This document shows positions 12,171 through 25,510 of a DNA stretch of 64,000 bases, in pieces (the stretch's first letter is position 1; each line of letters opens with the position of its first letter). The notes beneath the pieces are model-generated. The model searched no databases and was not told the DNA's origin. It saw only the letters and a list, made by a program, of their open reading frames with translations. The position numbers and the translations under genes were made by a program. The DNA is from Octopus sinensis (taxonomy: Eukaryota), in NCBI RefSeq assembly GCF_006345805.1, contig NC_043003.1:91760001-91824000 (forward strand), given 5' to 3'.

Positions 12171-13034
12171 ATGATAAGAATAGTTAGAATAAATTTATAT
12201 GTAAAAATAACATCGTACCTGGGATAATCTAATTACTTTTATATATACCTTCTCCCCCCCCCATTCTCTAAACTATGGAACGTATATATAAGCTATATAT
12301 GACCGGCCATCTATATACAAACGATGATGGATTTATGTGTGTGTATGTAAAAACTATACTATGTATGCATATTTTCGTGTATATATTACTTTCTCCTCTG
12401 CCATTCCCTTAATAGGATCCGCCTTCTCTTGACTAAAAAACAAACAAACCAAAAAACTGGGATGCTGTCGGATTTTTAAGTTGGTTCTTTCACTAGATTC
12501 CAACTTACTCGTTGTTATCATTCATCGTCAGGATTGCCATCTAGACTCTAGAAATTCATTGATGTGTTTCTGACCATTCAAGCCCCCACTATCATCTCAT
12601 TGTGGTCTCTGTTGTGGTTCGTAATCCGCTTGATTTGAGCAGAGAGAATCAAACAGCGTGTGTACGGAATGACTCACAAAAACATAAGAAAGGGGATAGC
12701 TGTCAGGATCAATAAATAGAATGGCTAGCACGCCTGGAGATTTTTGTTGTTGCTGTTGTGGGTTTATTTATTTTGTTGCTTTTCATATTGTTTTTCTTTA
12801 GCAATTTTTTGATGTGGTCATTGTAAACAGTCATCTGTGACATTGTGCCTGTTGACGTTTTATCTTTTTTTTTTTTACCTTGTTTATCATTATCGTTGGC
12901 ATCGTTTGGTGTGACAAACTAAATGAAAGTTTGCATGTGATGAGCTGGCTTAGCTACCTAGCTAAATAGACAGACAAATGAACGAATAGTTGCTTTACAT
13001 TGTCCAATATAAAAGTTTACAATTGATTGTATGT

Positions 13035-13436
<402 letters not shown>

Positions 13437-13988
13437 CTTCTTTCCTTCCGTTCCCCAGATCAAAGTTAATGTAAATAAACTACGTATTATATTCGATACT
13501 TGTATACAACATCATAAAAAAAAAATAGGTAGCTATTTATGACGACCTATTTACACCTTCATTACTTGTTGTTTAGTTCCGATTTGAACAGATCCAGCAT
13601 TAAGGACGTTCCAGCCATGATCACATCGTCTTTTCTCTTGAAAAATATACATTGAGCGACATTAAGTGTTATTCTTTTTTTAAGACCGTAGGATCTGATT
13701 TGGGAAAGATTTAGCTGTTATTTCTAGTAGGTCGAGTCACTGCGTAAAATCCCCGAGCCGTCGACCCTCTTCCTTTTGTAAGTTCGTTTTCATCAATTTT
13801 GTTACAGAAACACCATATAAATATATTGTATATATAAACACACACATATAAATATAAATATATACAGAAAGAAGAAAAGGGGTTGTGACATGGGTTGATG
13901 GTGACCTTTCGTTGACAGCTTCCTTTAACTGTCATCAAACTGATTCGACTTTATCAACAATTAATTCGTCTTGAGATGATAAACACTG

Positions 13989-14045
<57 letters not shown>

Positions 14046-15051
14046 CAGGCCACTTATAACAGTGGGATATAATAACCATGTCTTGTTTAGAATCATAATT
14101 TTATAGAAAGACACTTTATATATGTATATAAATAAATATGCATGTATATGTATCTTCAGCGCCGTGTACAGTGGATTTCAGTCACAGCTAATTATAAGAG
14201 GCCTTGTCACTATTAAAAAGAAACCCCAAGCAATTTAATACATATTATTACAGAAAATGCAATTCTCTGTCGTAAGAGGTAGGTGTATCTGTGTGTATTT
14301 ATATACGTATGTGAAATAAAACTGCTTCTAAATGAAAACAGTCTTCTGAATTCAGTGAGTTTTATCTTATTGAGCCATACTTATTCTTACGTGTATCAAC
14401 CGGGCCCTCATCCAGCTTAGCTGTCCGCATTAGTGGTTGTTTTGTTGCTTTGGCTTAGGTCAGGGTTTTTACACATATTACCAAGGGTCCACCTAGTTGT
14501 CGATTCTCACCAGTCGTTCTCTGTTTATCGCTGTTATTTTAGCTAAGGTCAGTCATCGTTTATTCTACAAACTTCTGATGAAATACATTGCAGCTCTGAC
14601 CAAGTCATATTTTATCTTGATATATAAGAAAACTTCAGGGCGGCGAGTTGGCAGGATTGTTAGAACATCGGATACAAAGCATGCTATGAGGTATTTGTTT
14701 CCACTCCCTGTGTTCTGAGTTTAAATCCTGCTGAGGTCAACTTTACCTTCCTTCTCTTGGAGGTCGATAGAATAAAGTACCAATCAAATGTTAGAGTTCT
14801 TGGTACAGACTAACTCTCTCTCTCTCTCTCTCATTTCACTCATTGTGCCTGTACTAAAAGCATAGCAGGATTCCATTCATTATCCAAGGTGTCTTTAAAA
14901 AAAAAAGAAATTTTAATCTTTTGAACACAGTTGGATGGCATGAGAGAGTTGTCTGCTATTGATAGTAAGTGGAGTGACCATGTAAAAGTGCTTCTTATTG
15001 GGTTGATGTTTGCTTTATCTTAATAAACAGGCATAGTTGTTTAACACTCCA

Positions 15052-15301
15052 GATCCTGTTAGATATAGCAGCCAAACTCCAACAAATCATAACTTCCCTG
15101 TTTTTTATTTTTATTTTTTAACCACTAAAATGACAGGATTGCAAAGGCAGTATTCTGCTCTGTGCTGGTTAGCACAGAGCAGACTTTTGACTAAAAGTAA
15201 TACTGCCTTTGCAATCCTGTCATTTTAGTGGTTAAAAAATAAAAATAAAAAACATGGAAGTTATGATTTGTTGGAGTTTGGCTGCTATATCTAACAGGAT
15301 C
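15052..15301. repeat. 103-bp inverted repeat (102/103 identical) whose loop holds two small hairpins
   Basis: Arms are 15052-15154 and 15199-15301. The loop is CTGCTCTGTGCT-GGTT-AGCACAGAGCAG followed by ACTTTT-GACT-AAAAGT. Confidence 0.95.
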
Positions 15302-15360
15302 ATGTAGAAACTCTCTCATTAGCTCTTAATTATTTTGAATTCCAGAGAAAAATTGCTTGC

Positions 15361-15482
15361 TGTATACAATGTTGGTTGAAGGTTCTGGATTTAAATCACA
15401 TCATCATCGTTTAACATCTGCTGCTGCTGCTGATGATGATGATGTGATTTAAATTCAGAACCTTGAACCAACATTGTATACA
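15361..15482. repeat. 48-bp inverted repeat (46/48) with a 26-nt loop
   Basis: Arms are 15361-15408 and 15435-15482. Confidence 0.93.
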
Positions 15483-15659
15483 CGTGTATGTATATATTCA
15501 TTTACACACACACACGCACACATATATAATATTATATATGTAAAGCATATGTTATACATGTATGTATATTGCTATAATTGTCTTTTTTAAAAAATAGACA
15601 TAATGTAATGTCTATAAGTTGATGAATACCAACTCTTGATCCCCTCCATTTTCTTATTG

Positions 15660-15699
<40 letters not shown>

Positions 15700-17593
15700 T
15701 GGTCCCTTACTAAAATACCTTCTAACTTGGTTGTATCTTCCTATCATCCCTTTCTCAAGTGATGGCTCTATAAATCATGCTTCTGCAGCGAAAGCCTCCA
15801 AATTTGCTGCCTGCTTTACATCCAACTGGTAAGATTCCACCAAGACTTCTGTCTATTTCATTGCATCCATACACATGCTATATGCAAAAGCACCTCTGGT
15901 ATCTTGAAACCTACAGGACCACCAGCCCTAACAGTGCCCCTTTGATTTACCTTCAAACAACCATGCCAGTATCCAAAATCTCAGAGGTTACTTAGTTATT
16001 AACAAGTATCTTCTGCAATATTTTGGACAGTTTTTCTCTGCAATGACTACAATGTGGGGTCCAGTAAGCTTTTTTGTATGTTAATCACCAGTGGACCTTT
16101 ACACTTGAGAAAGATGACATCATCAAAATATTTGATTATTTCTGGTAAATAAATCTCCTGACTAAACTGGCTATTGACACCATCATACGGATTGGAATCT
16201 TCCTGTCAAATTGTTACACAATCACAGTGTGTGCTGATAGAATTCTGCCTGGCTCACACTGTAGCCAACTTTGTTACATCTCAAGGCTTGGTTATGTCCT
16301 GCCACCAGTCATTCTTTTCCAACTGGTTCATCTTGCCCCTCATCATCCACATTGTGCCTATCAATCCAAGTATCCACATTAGCCTCTCTGCCCATTCCTC
16401 CACAGAACACTGGCCTTCTACACTTCCCTCCTGGCTTGTGTTTTTCGTTTAGTTATTGGCATGCAGTTGTTCAAGAGTACCAAATGCATTGTTTTTGCCA
16501 GTTTTGAAGAGTCTATGAAAGCCATGAGCATATTCCCTTCTTACTATCCAAAACCCCCAAGAAAAAAACAAAACAAAAACAAAACTCATTTTTCCTTTTC
16601 ATCTTGAAATTTTATATTTTTATATAAACATAGGAATATTATTCCCCACTTAACTATAGGTTCTCCATGCATAAAGCCTCCCAGGGAAATCTATGTTATT
16701 ATTTTAACTTGTTGGATACCAACTTGATTGAAGCTGCCTGCTGGTCAGTGATACAAACTTCCTGCTTTAAGGTGATCTAAATTAAAACCCTCAATTAAAA
16801 TTTCATGTTTATATTTCAAATGCCCAGTTAAAATAATAGAAAAATTATTCTACTAAATTTTCCTTTATTTTCATAATTGAAACAAACCAGTGTATGCCAA
16901 TAGAAATATATTGACAAAAGTGTTAAATTACCTAATTAGGGAATGATTTCCTACTCAAAATAATCTTTATATTCACTCAGACATTCTAAGATCTTGTAAG
17001 GAATTGTCAGACTATGATACACTAAGAAAGTCTGAAAAAAGTCGGGAACATGTCTGGAATTATCCTTGTATTTTACAAAATCAGAATCACTCCTTACAAC
17101 ATGCACTCATACAATTTTTTTCAATTTGATCTTTAGGTTTTGTCACTTGTACCTACCTTGACAAAAATTTTCTTTAATGCTAATAATTTTCTTTTTATTA
17201 TGAGAGTATTTTTAATTGATTAAAAAAGATTTTGGGCTCATTATGTAATATTCTCCACTTAACTCTGTAATTTTTATGCAAAAAGCACTACTAAAGTTTC
17301 CCATGTCACAACTGTGTGTGTGTGCACATGTATTTATTTTCTATGGTTGGATGCCCTCACCTGTTTCCAAGCAAGTTAATATGGATGTTTCTATGGAAAA
17401 TTGGAAGCAAATGGCACCGCTGATATGGCAATGACGTTAACAGCTAATACACACACACACACAATAGGCTTCTTTCAGTTTGTACCTACTAAATTCCCTC
17501 TGCAATTATCTGATAATGAAAGCATAAACTTGCCCAAATGCATCAATAAATTAACATTGATACTTTTTTTTACTGTTGTTACAACCATCTGAG

Positions 17594-18669
17594 ATGGGAC
17601 CGTCAAAGCGCGATATTTGAGCACGTTTACTATTCAACTTCAAAAAAGGATGTAAAGCAGCTGAAACTGCTCACAACATCAACGAAACATTTGATGAGCA
17701 AATGACCTGTGAGTGGTCAGCTCGAAAATGGTTTAAACGATTTCCCAGTGGAGACCTGAACCTTGAAGACTGAGCGGAGTGGATGCCCATCTGTCATCAA
17801 TGACGGTCAATTAAAGACCATCGTTGAGAAAGATACTCATAAAACCTCTCGAGAACTGGCAAAAGAACTTCAAATTAGCCAGAAAACTGTCTGCAATTAT
17901 TTGCATGCGATCGGAAAATCAAAAAAGCTCGATAAATGGGTACTACATGATTTGAATGAAAATCAGAAAATGCGCAGACATGAAATTTGCTTGTTGTTTC
18001 TTCTCCGTAACTAAACTGATCCATTTTTCAACCGTATTGTAACTTGTGATGAAAAGTGGATTCTGTACAATAATAAAAAATGTTCTTCACAGTGGTTGGA
18101 CCAGAATGGAGCATTGAAAACCTTTGCTAGACCTGAACTCTTCAGAAAGAAGGTTATGGTGACTGTTTGGTGGTGTACTGCTGGAATCATCTATTATAAT
18201 TTCTTAAAATCCAGAAAAACCATTACTGCAGAAACATATTGCCATGAAATTGCCAAAATGAATGAAAAACTGCTACTCCTCCGTCCCAGACTGGTCAACA
18301 GAAGAGGGTCAATCATTCATCATGACAATGCTTGACCACTTGTTTCACTAATGATGCTCCAGAAGCTGAGGGAACTTGGATACGAAGTTCTTCCCCACTC
18401 AGCTTATTCTCCAGACCTTTCTCCTACTGACTACCACTTTTTCAAGCACCTTCATGGTTTCCTGCAAGAGAAGGAGTTCAAAAATCAAGCTGATACTGAA
18501 AGTGCGTTCAAAGAGTTCATCAGCTCCAGAACTCCAAATTTGTAACTCGTTGGCAAATATCTGCTGATTGTAATGGTACTTATTTTGATGAAGAAAATGT
18601 TCACATTGTTGAAATATATTGTGATGAATTTCATATTTCAAAACATTGCTCACGTTTTACTCAGCCTGA
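17594..18669 (+). mobile_element. Mariner (DD34D) transposon relic, similar to Hsmar1/cecropia types; transposase pseudogene
   Basis: Motifs KLDKWVLHDL, IVTCDEKWILY, KVMVTVWW, HHDNA and HSAYSPDLSPTDYH, with 34 residues between the second and third Asp. Several stops and a frameshift near 17770. A 3' TIR-like end (CAGCCTGA then TA) is present; I did not find the 5' TIR. Confidence 0.93.
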
Positions 18670-20132
18670 TATATATATTATATATTTATCCGGATGAATT
18701 GAATTTGTCTTCATCCTTTTATAGGAATTTTTTCCATAGATTTCTAATGTCTTTTCATCATACATTATCTACGAATTTTTAAATCATATAGGTATGAAAA
18801 GTATGTGAAGAAATAATCAATATCAGTCTTAAAACGAAGTTCAAAAAATTTCTTCAAATAAATGAAATGAAGCAGATTGGATGTTAAAATGGATTATGAT
18901 TTTATTTCATATTCTTAGACAATTGTTTCGGCAAAAGGACCAAAAATTCCATAAAGAGAACATCATAAAGGTTGAATTTGTACTCTTCAGTAGGTGAAAT
19001 TTAAAGTAAAATAAAAATAAACAAAAAGACATTTAAAATATACATAGAATTGTTTCTTATTGTTATTATTTAGGCATTTGTATATTCATTCTTCCACTCA
19101 CAATTATTAGGATCGAGACTAAAAACATTAAAAGACTTGGCTGCTTAAATATCTAATATTCAATTTTTGACTTCCTCTCTATTAAATCCAATAAAATTTG
19201 TTTTTTAATAACATATAGCTCCTTATTTGGTATTTCTGAATATGCTTACATATACATCTTGACCAGTATTTTCTATAGGGAGTTTTTTAAGTAGATATAT
19301 ATTGGATTTAATAGCAAGGAAGTAAAAAAATCTTTGTCATTATTTACCTGGTGTTTGGAACATAAATTGATATGAAATTTTGATGAATGGTTTTAATTTA
19401 GATCACTTTAAAGCAGGAAGTTTGTATCATAGTACCAAGGGTGGCCTCAGGGTTGGCATTAAAAGGAAAATTGGAATGCCACACAATTTGATATTCATTG
19501 CATTTTGTACTTTCAATGAATTCTTAACTGATTCCGTGTATGATTGAAATAGCAGAGTGAAAAGACAACTTCTGCTGTAATAAACAAGTCTAAATTCTGG
19601 AGAGTGTTGTGGAATAAATTAGCTTTTTTCATAATTCTTATTATTGTCTTGACAAATAAATTACAAATAGTGTGCTCGAACTTGCTTTTTTGTCTGTCTT
19701 TGGACATAAATAATACACTCTACCATCATTGGAAACCTCATACTGGAAGCTAAATGAAGGAAATAATTTATTTCTCTTGATTGGTACAATGAGGTATGGC
19801 TTGTGGATTTGTATATTGTTGCAGGTGCTGTTTTGTTAGTTTTGCGCAAGTATTGTATTTATCTTGCCAAAAGTCATCTAGTTTAATCAAGATGTTATTG
19901 ATTTATAAGCAATCAATAACTTTTCCTATTGTTTGTTAGGTAAAAAATGTTAATTTTTAATTCCAAAGATAATCAGTGTAATAGATAAACAATTGTTTTC
20001 ATCTCCATCACCCCATCCTTCACTTATTTTTCGACATAAACTAGTGGTATTGCTGTTCACAGGCATATAATTGCAACACATATGTCTGTATCCTCCATTT
20101 TTACACGTTAAGGTAATTGCTGTTACCTGGAT

Positions 20133-20172
<40 letters not shown>

Positions 20173-20466
20173 ATATATAATTATAATTGCTACACATATG
20201 CCTATGCTTATTTCTATCTGTAGTAACAAAGATGTTCTTAAATTTTATAAACAATGTTGGTTAAAGCGAAGCTATAATTAAAAAATGAAAACAAAATCAG
20301 ACAATGCTATGAAAAATAACTCAAATATGTGATGTACATAAATATTTCTCTATGGAAATTTCCTTCTCAGTTGGAGAAAGAATACCAGAAACGTAATTAG
20401 TGACCCATTAGTGAGTCATCATTAGTGAACCTATGAGATCAAGGGAAACAATTTCAGTTTAAAGTT

Positions 20467-20512
20467 AGCACTTGACATGTTTTCTGTCTTGTTGGGCCTC
20501 ATCAGTATAGCT
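20467..20512 (-). ncRNA. Degenerate minimal hammerhead-ribozyme-like motif
   Basis: Reverse strand reads AGCTATA-CTGATGA-GGCCCAACAAGACA-GAAA-ACATGTC-AAGTGCT. The core order is right, but stems I and II are mutated and there is one extra A. Confidence 0.4.
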
Positions 20513-22202
20513 TGTCTATTTGAACCTACTTTGATCAGTTGACACTAGTTTTTACATATAGGTAAAGATTTTTGGTCAGTACTAGCATAAAATGAGCTAA
20601 GGGAAATAACTCAAGTGAACTAATGGCAAGAATTTAAATAAGTTAAGAAGTAATGTACTAAGTGGCATAAAAAAAAAAATCTCAATTAACTGAATTTCTA
20701 AACAGTAGTTTAGTGAGTAACTGTAGCTGAAGTTCTTTTTCTAATTTCTTCTTACTCTTGAAGAAATTCTGATGAAGAATGGCATGCTTCATTGCAAGAG
20801 AGATTTCCATTGTGATATGAAGGTCATGCAATAAATATCACCATTTTCTTAAATTAACCTAACTTCTTCCAATGTTTTTATTTATTTATTTTTTTATTTA
20901 TTTTGCTATTGGCATCAGGGGCTTTGTGTCTGGAATATTTTTTTGGAAGTTAGCAATTTCTTCAATCTTCTTTCTTGGCATTTTTGCTTTTTTATTGATT
21001 TTTTTTTTTCATTTCTTCTCCTTTACCATGTATTGGTAAACATGGGTACTGGTAGTCTTTGGCGATCTTCATATGTAGGAAAGATAAAAAAAAATAAAAT
21101 GGTAATGATATTCACACAGTAACTCAAAATGGTAGGAAAGATAGCTTTTCCACAGCAATTAAATTAACAACTGCTAGCATTCTATTCCCCATTCAGTAAG
21201 TCTCTCTTTTTTCTTTTGTTTGTTATTTTTAATTTAGTATTCATCTACCACTTTATTCTCTTTTCCATTTAATTGTATTTTTTTTGTTACTAAAAAGACA
21301 GCTGCTACTAAGTTTTATACACCTTCAAATATTTTCATCTTAATATATAAATGCTGATGACATTTTAGAATTTGGCAGTAATTTCTTGAATCTACAAAGG
21401 AAGTAAGGAAAGAAAAACAAGAAATTCTTTTTCTTTCCTATCTCTTTGTTTACTTTCTGTCTTTGTCTGATACTATTTTCCAGAATGCTATAGATTCCAC
21501 TCCCACTACTCTCTGAAATGAAAGTTATCAACTTTTAAACACTCCCACACCTTCACTCCTTGATTTCTTTCTCTGCCCCATGCTAAATTCAGTACATTCT
21601 CTCTGACATCTGCCAGAGCTTATGAGTATTTTCTGAATTATTTTGCCTATGACCAATTCATTGGGAATGAGTCCTAGCTAAACTGATATCTCTCCAACAA
21701 CACATTACTCTAGTTTAATCTCTAGAACCTTACACCCACTCCCTCTCTAAAAAAAAAAAATGTATGAAAATACAGTCCCAAATACACTAATTTCTGACTA
21801 ATCTCTCTGAAAAGTGTAAATAAATATATATAAATATTTATTCTGCTTGTCAAAATGCGACTGCGGAAAGTAACTCATGTTATCAATTTTTACCCCTCAT
21901 GTTTCTGTGTTTTCATCTACTTTAATTCCTATATTGATTTCAGTTTCAAATTCTTCTTCAAGCTTATTTCTTGCTTCACTTCATTCTTCACTAAACAACA
22001 TCTTGAGAAATTACTCTCTCCACACATCCTGCACAATTTACTCTCTCATGATGTCAATTGGGTTTGAATGAGACGAAATAACAAAAGAAAATGGAATTTT
22101 TTTTGTATAATCCAGTGACTTGGAGAATTGAAATATAAAAATCAAGAGGAGTAATGCACAGTTAAGTTGGGGTGGGTGATTTATCTTTCTCACATTATGT
22201 CC

Positions 22203-22940
22203 AAAAGTTGAACATAAGAAGCATCAGATGTGGTGTACAAGAGAGACGACTGCACTGGTATGGTCATGTGTTGAATATGGATGAGAATAGCTGTGTGAAA
22301 AAGTGTCACACCCTAGCATTAGAGGGAACCTGTGGAAGAGGTAGACCCCGGAAAACTTGGGATGAGGTGGTGAAGCATGACCTTCGAATGTTGGGCCTCG
22401 TGGAGGTGATGACAAGTGACTGAGACCTTTGGAGATATGCTGTGCTTGAAAAGATCCAGCAAGCCAATTGAGACCATAACCATGGCTTGTGCCAGTGCAA
22501 CATAACTGGCCCATTTAAGAGTACCCTTCAATCATTGGGCAATAAACTGCACTTGCGAAGACCTGTTGAGTCAAGTGAAGTCATTGTCATGGCCAATGAC
22601 AGTACTGCCCAACTGGCACCCATGCTGGTGGCACATAAAAAGCACCATTCGAGCGTGGTTGATGCCAGTGCTGTCTGACTGGTCCCATGCCAGTGGTATG
22701 TAAAAAGCACCATTCAAGCGTGGTCAATGCCAGTACCGCCTGACTGGCCCTCGTGCTAGTGGTACATAAAAAGCACCTGTTACACTCTCAGAGTGGTTGG
22801 TGTTAGGAAGGGCATCCAACTGTAGAAACTTTGCCAGATCAGACTGGAGCCTGGTGCAGCCTTCTGGCTTGTCAGATCCCAGTCAAACCATCTAACCCAT
22901 ACCAGCATGGAAAGCAGACGTTAAACGATGATGACAATGA
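22203..22940 (+). mobile_element. 5'-truncated RTE LINE 3' end
   Basis: KLNIRSIRCGVQERRLHWYGHV...GRGRPRKTWDEVVKHDL. Same tail type as 1601-2428. Confidence 0.9.
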
Positions 22941-23126
22941 CATTTAATCATCATCATCTTTATTTTAAAATACATGAGTCCATACTTGCATGAGTTGGGC
23001 ACAATTCATTGTCTGTCTTATGCATGTCCAGCCTTGGGGAAATATTACCTTGCTTGGAAATAGATATGGGTTGGCAAGAGGAAGGTTTTCTGTGGCCAAA
23101 TGTCTTTCCTGTTGCTAACTCTCACC

Positions 23127-25256
23127 TGTTTCCAAGCAAGGTATTATTTTCCTATGACAGGATATGTTTTCACAGAAGATTGGAAATGAACGACACAGCC
23201 TTTAGAAAGGTGATACTCATTTACAACCGTCATGTGATGTCAAAACAAGGAGAAACACACATATATGGCAGGTTTCTTTCAGTTTCCATCTGCACAATCC
23301 GCTCACAAGGCTTTGGTCAGCCCAAGATAGATGATACTTGCCCAAGGTGATACACAGTGGGACTGAATCTGAAACCAAACATGGATGGGAAGTGATGTTT
23401 ATTATTATTCTGGTAGATGAAGAAAAAACAACAATCTGTTTGTATCTCACTGGGTATAACTCTTTTTAAAATAAGATCTGGGAAGAATTAACAGATGTTA
23501 TTGCTAGGAATATGACATGAAGCAGTTTAAAAGATCCAGGTTAGCAACTGAAATAAGAACATTAATAGTGATTATGGTTTTTCACTTTGGCACAGAACTA
23601 CAAATAACGTTGGAGGCAGACTATAGCTGACTGAATTGAGGTTTGTATATGACTGTTGTTTCTTTTAACAAACCTGAAGCAATGAAGAGAAAAATTGACC
23701 CTGGTTGGATTTGAACCCAGAACATGAAAAATGTGCCTAAATACTGTCTGATAGTAAGTCTGGCACTCTATCATTTCTACCACCCTGTCAGCTAGTATAA
23801 TTGATTCCTTACATAGACTCAATGTCTCTAATTTTGGGAGTAGGTGTAGTCGACAAAATCAACTTCATTAATCAACTTGCATGGTTCTTATTTTGTCAAC
23901 TCCTCAAAGATGAATGGCTAAGTTGACCTTGTGGGGTTTGAGTCAGAGCATAAACAGACATGACCAAATACTGTAAGTTTGGTGAACTAGCAAAATCATG
24001 AAAGTGTAGGACATTTGTTCTGGCTCTCTGTGCTCTGAGTTCAAATCTCACTGAGGCCAACTTTACCTTTCATCATCATTTCATCATTTTAACACCTACC
24101 ATTCCATGTCTTCATAGGTTAGATGGAATTTGTTGAGGCAGATGCTCTACAGCTGGATGCCCTCCCTGTCACTATCCCTCACTTGTTTCCAAGCAAGGTA
24201 TTATTTTCCTATGACAGGATATGTTTTCACAGAAGATTGGAAATGAACGACACAGCCTTTAGAAAGGTGATACTCATTTACAACCGTCATGTGATGTCAA
24301 AACAAGGAGAAACACACATATATGGCAGGTTTCTTTCAGTTTCCATCTGCACAATCCGCTCACAAGGCTTTGGTCAGCCCAAGATAGATGATACTTGCCC
24401 AAGGTGATACACAGTGGGACTGAATCTGAAACCAAACATGGATGGGAAGTGATGTTTATTATTATTCTGGTAGATGAAGAAAAAACAACAATCTGTTGTA
24501 TCTCACTGGGTATAACTCTTTTTAAAATAAGATCTGGGAAGAATTAACAGATGTTATTGCTAGGAATATGACATGAAGCAGTTTAAAAGATCCAGGTTAG
24601 CAACTGAAATAAGAACATTAATAGTGATTATGGTTTTTCACTTTGGCACAGAACTACAAATAACGTTGGAGGCAGACTATAGCTGACTGAATTGAGGTTT
24701 GTATATGACTGTTGTTTCTTTTAACAAACCTGAAGCAATGAAGAGAAAAATTGACCCTGGTTGGATTTGAACCCAGAACATGAAAAATGTGCCTAAATAC
24801 TGTCTGATAGTAAGTCTGGCACTCTATCATTTCTACCACCCTGTCAGCTAGTATAATTGATTCCTTACATAGACTCAATGTCTCTAATTTTGGGAGTAGG
24901 TGTAGTCGACAAAATCAACTTCATTAATCAACTTGCATGGTTCTTATTTTGTCAACTCCTCAAAGATGAATGGCTAAGTTGACCTTGTGGGGTTTGAGTC
25001 AGAGCATAAACAGACATGACCAAATACTGTAAGTTTGGTGAACTAGCAAAATCATGAAAGTGTAGGACATTTGTTCTGGCTCTCTGTGCTCTGAGTTCAA
25101 ATCTCACTGAGGCCAACTTTACCTTTCATCATCATTTCATCATTTTAACACCTACCATTCCATGTCTTCATAGGTTAGATGGAATTTGTTGAGGCAGATG
25201 CTCTACAGCTGGATGCCCTCCCTGTCACTATCCCTCACTTGTTTCCAAGCAAGGTA
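23127..25256. repeat. Tandem duplication, unit 1057/1056 bp
   Basis: 23127-24183 and 24184-25239 differ, by eye, only by one T in a short T run. TGTTTCCAAGCAAGGTA occurs at all three junctions. Confidence 0.93.
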
Positions 25257-25258
25257 AT

Positions 25259-25510
25259 GATATAGAAATAACCAAACTCCACTCACCAAAGAACAAGACA
25301 CCACACAAAAATCTCATATACAAAATATTCTCATATTCAGCCAGAAATAACAATGCAAAACCAACTGCTCCATGCTCAACATTAAAACCAGAAACCAATT
25401 CTGACTCCCCCTCAGTAAAATCAAATGAAGCCCAATGAGTCTCAGCATTACTAGAAATAACTCACATCATAAATATAAAAAAAATTAACAAAAAAAAAAA
25501 GAAAACTCAT
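25259..25510 (+). mobile_element. 252-bp A-tailed insertion, probably a LINE 3' end, with a GTAAT duplication
   Basis: It splits the repeat motif GCAAGGTAAT|ATTTCCCC. GTAAT is at 25254-25258 and 25511-25515; an A run lies near 25490-25500. Confidence 0.55.

Noticed and set aside
15052-15301. T-shaped hairpin as a parvovirus/AAV-like terminal repeat
   Set aside because: The arms derive from a host SINE, the shape is explained by a skipped hairpin, and no Rep/NS1 or capsid sequence is nearby.
15690-16560. Possible decayed LINE RT on the - strand (TYKKAYWTPH resembling DYKKAYDSVPH)
   Set aside because: A single weak motif; neighbouring RT domains could not be recovered.
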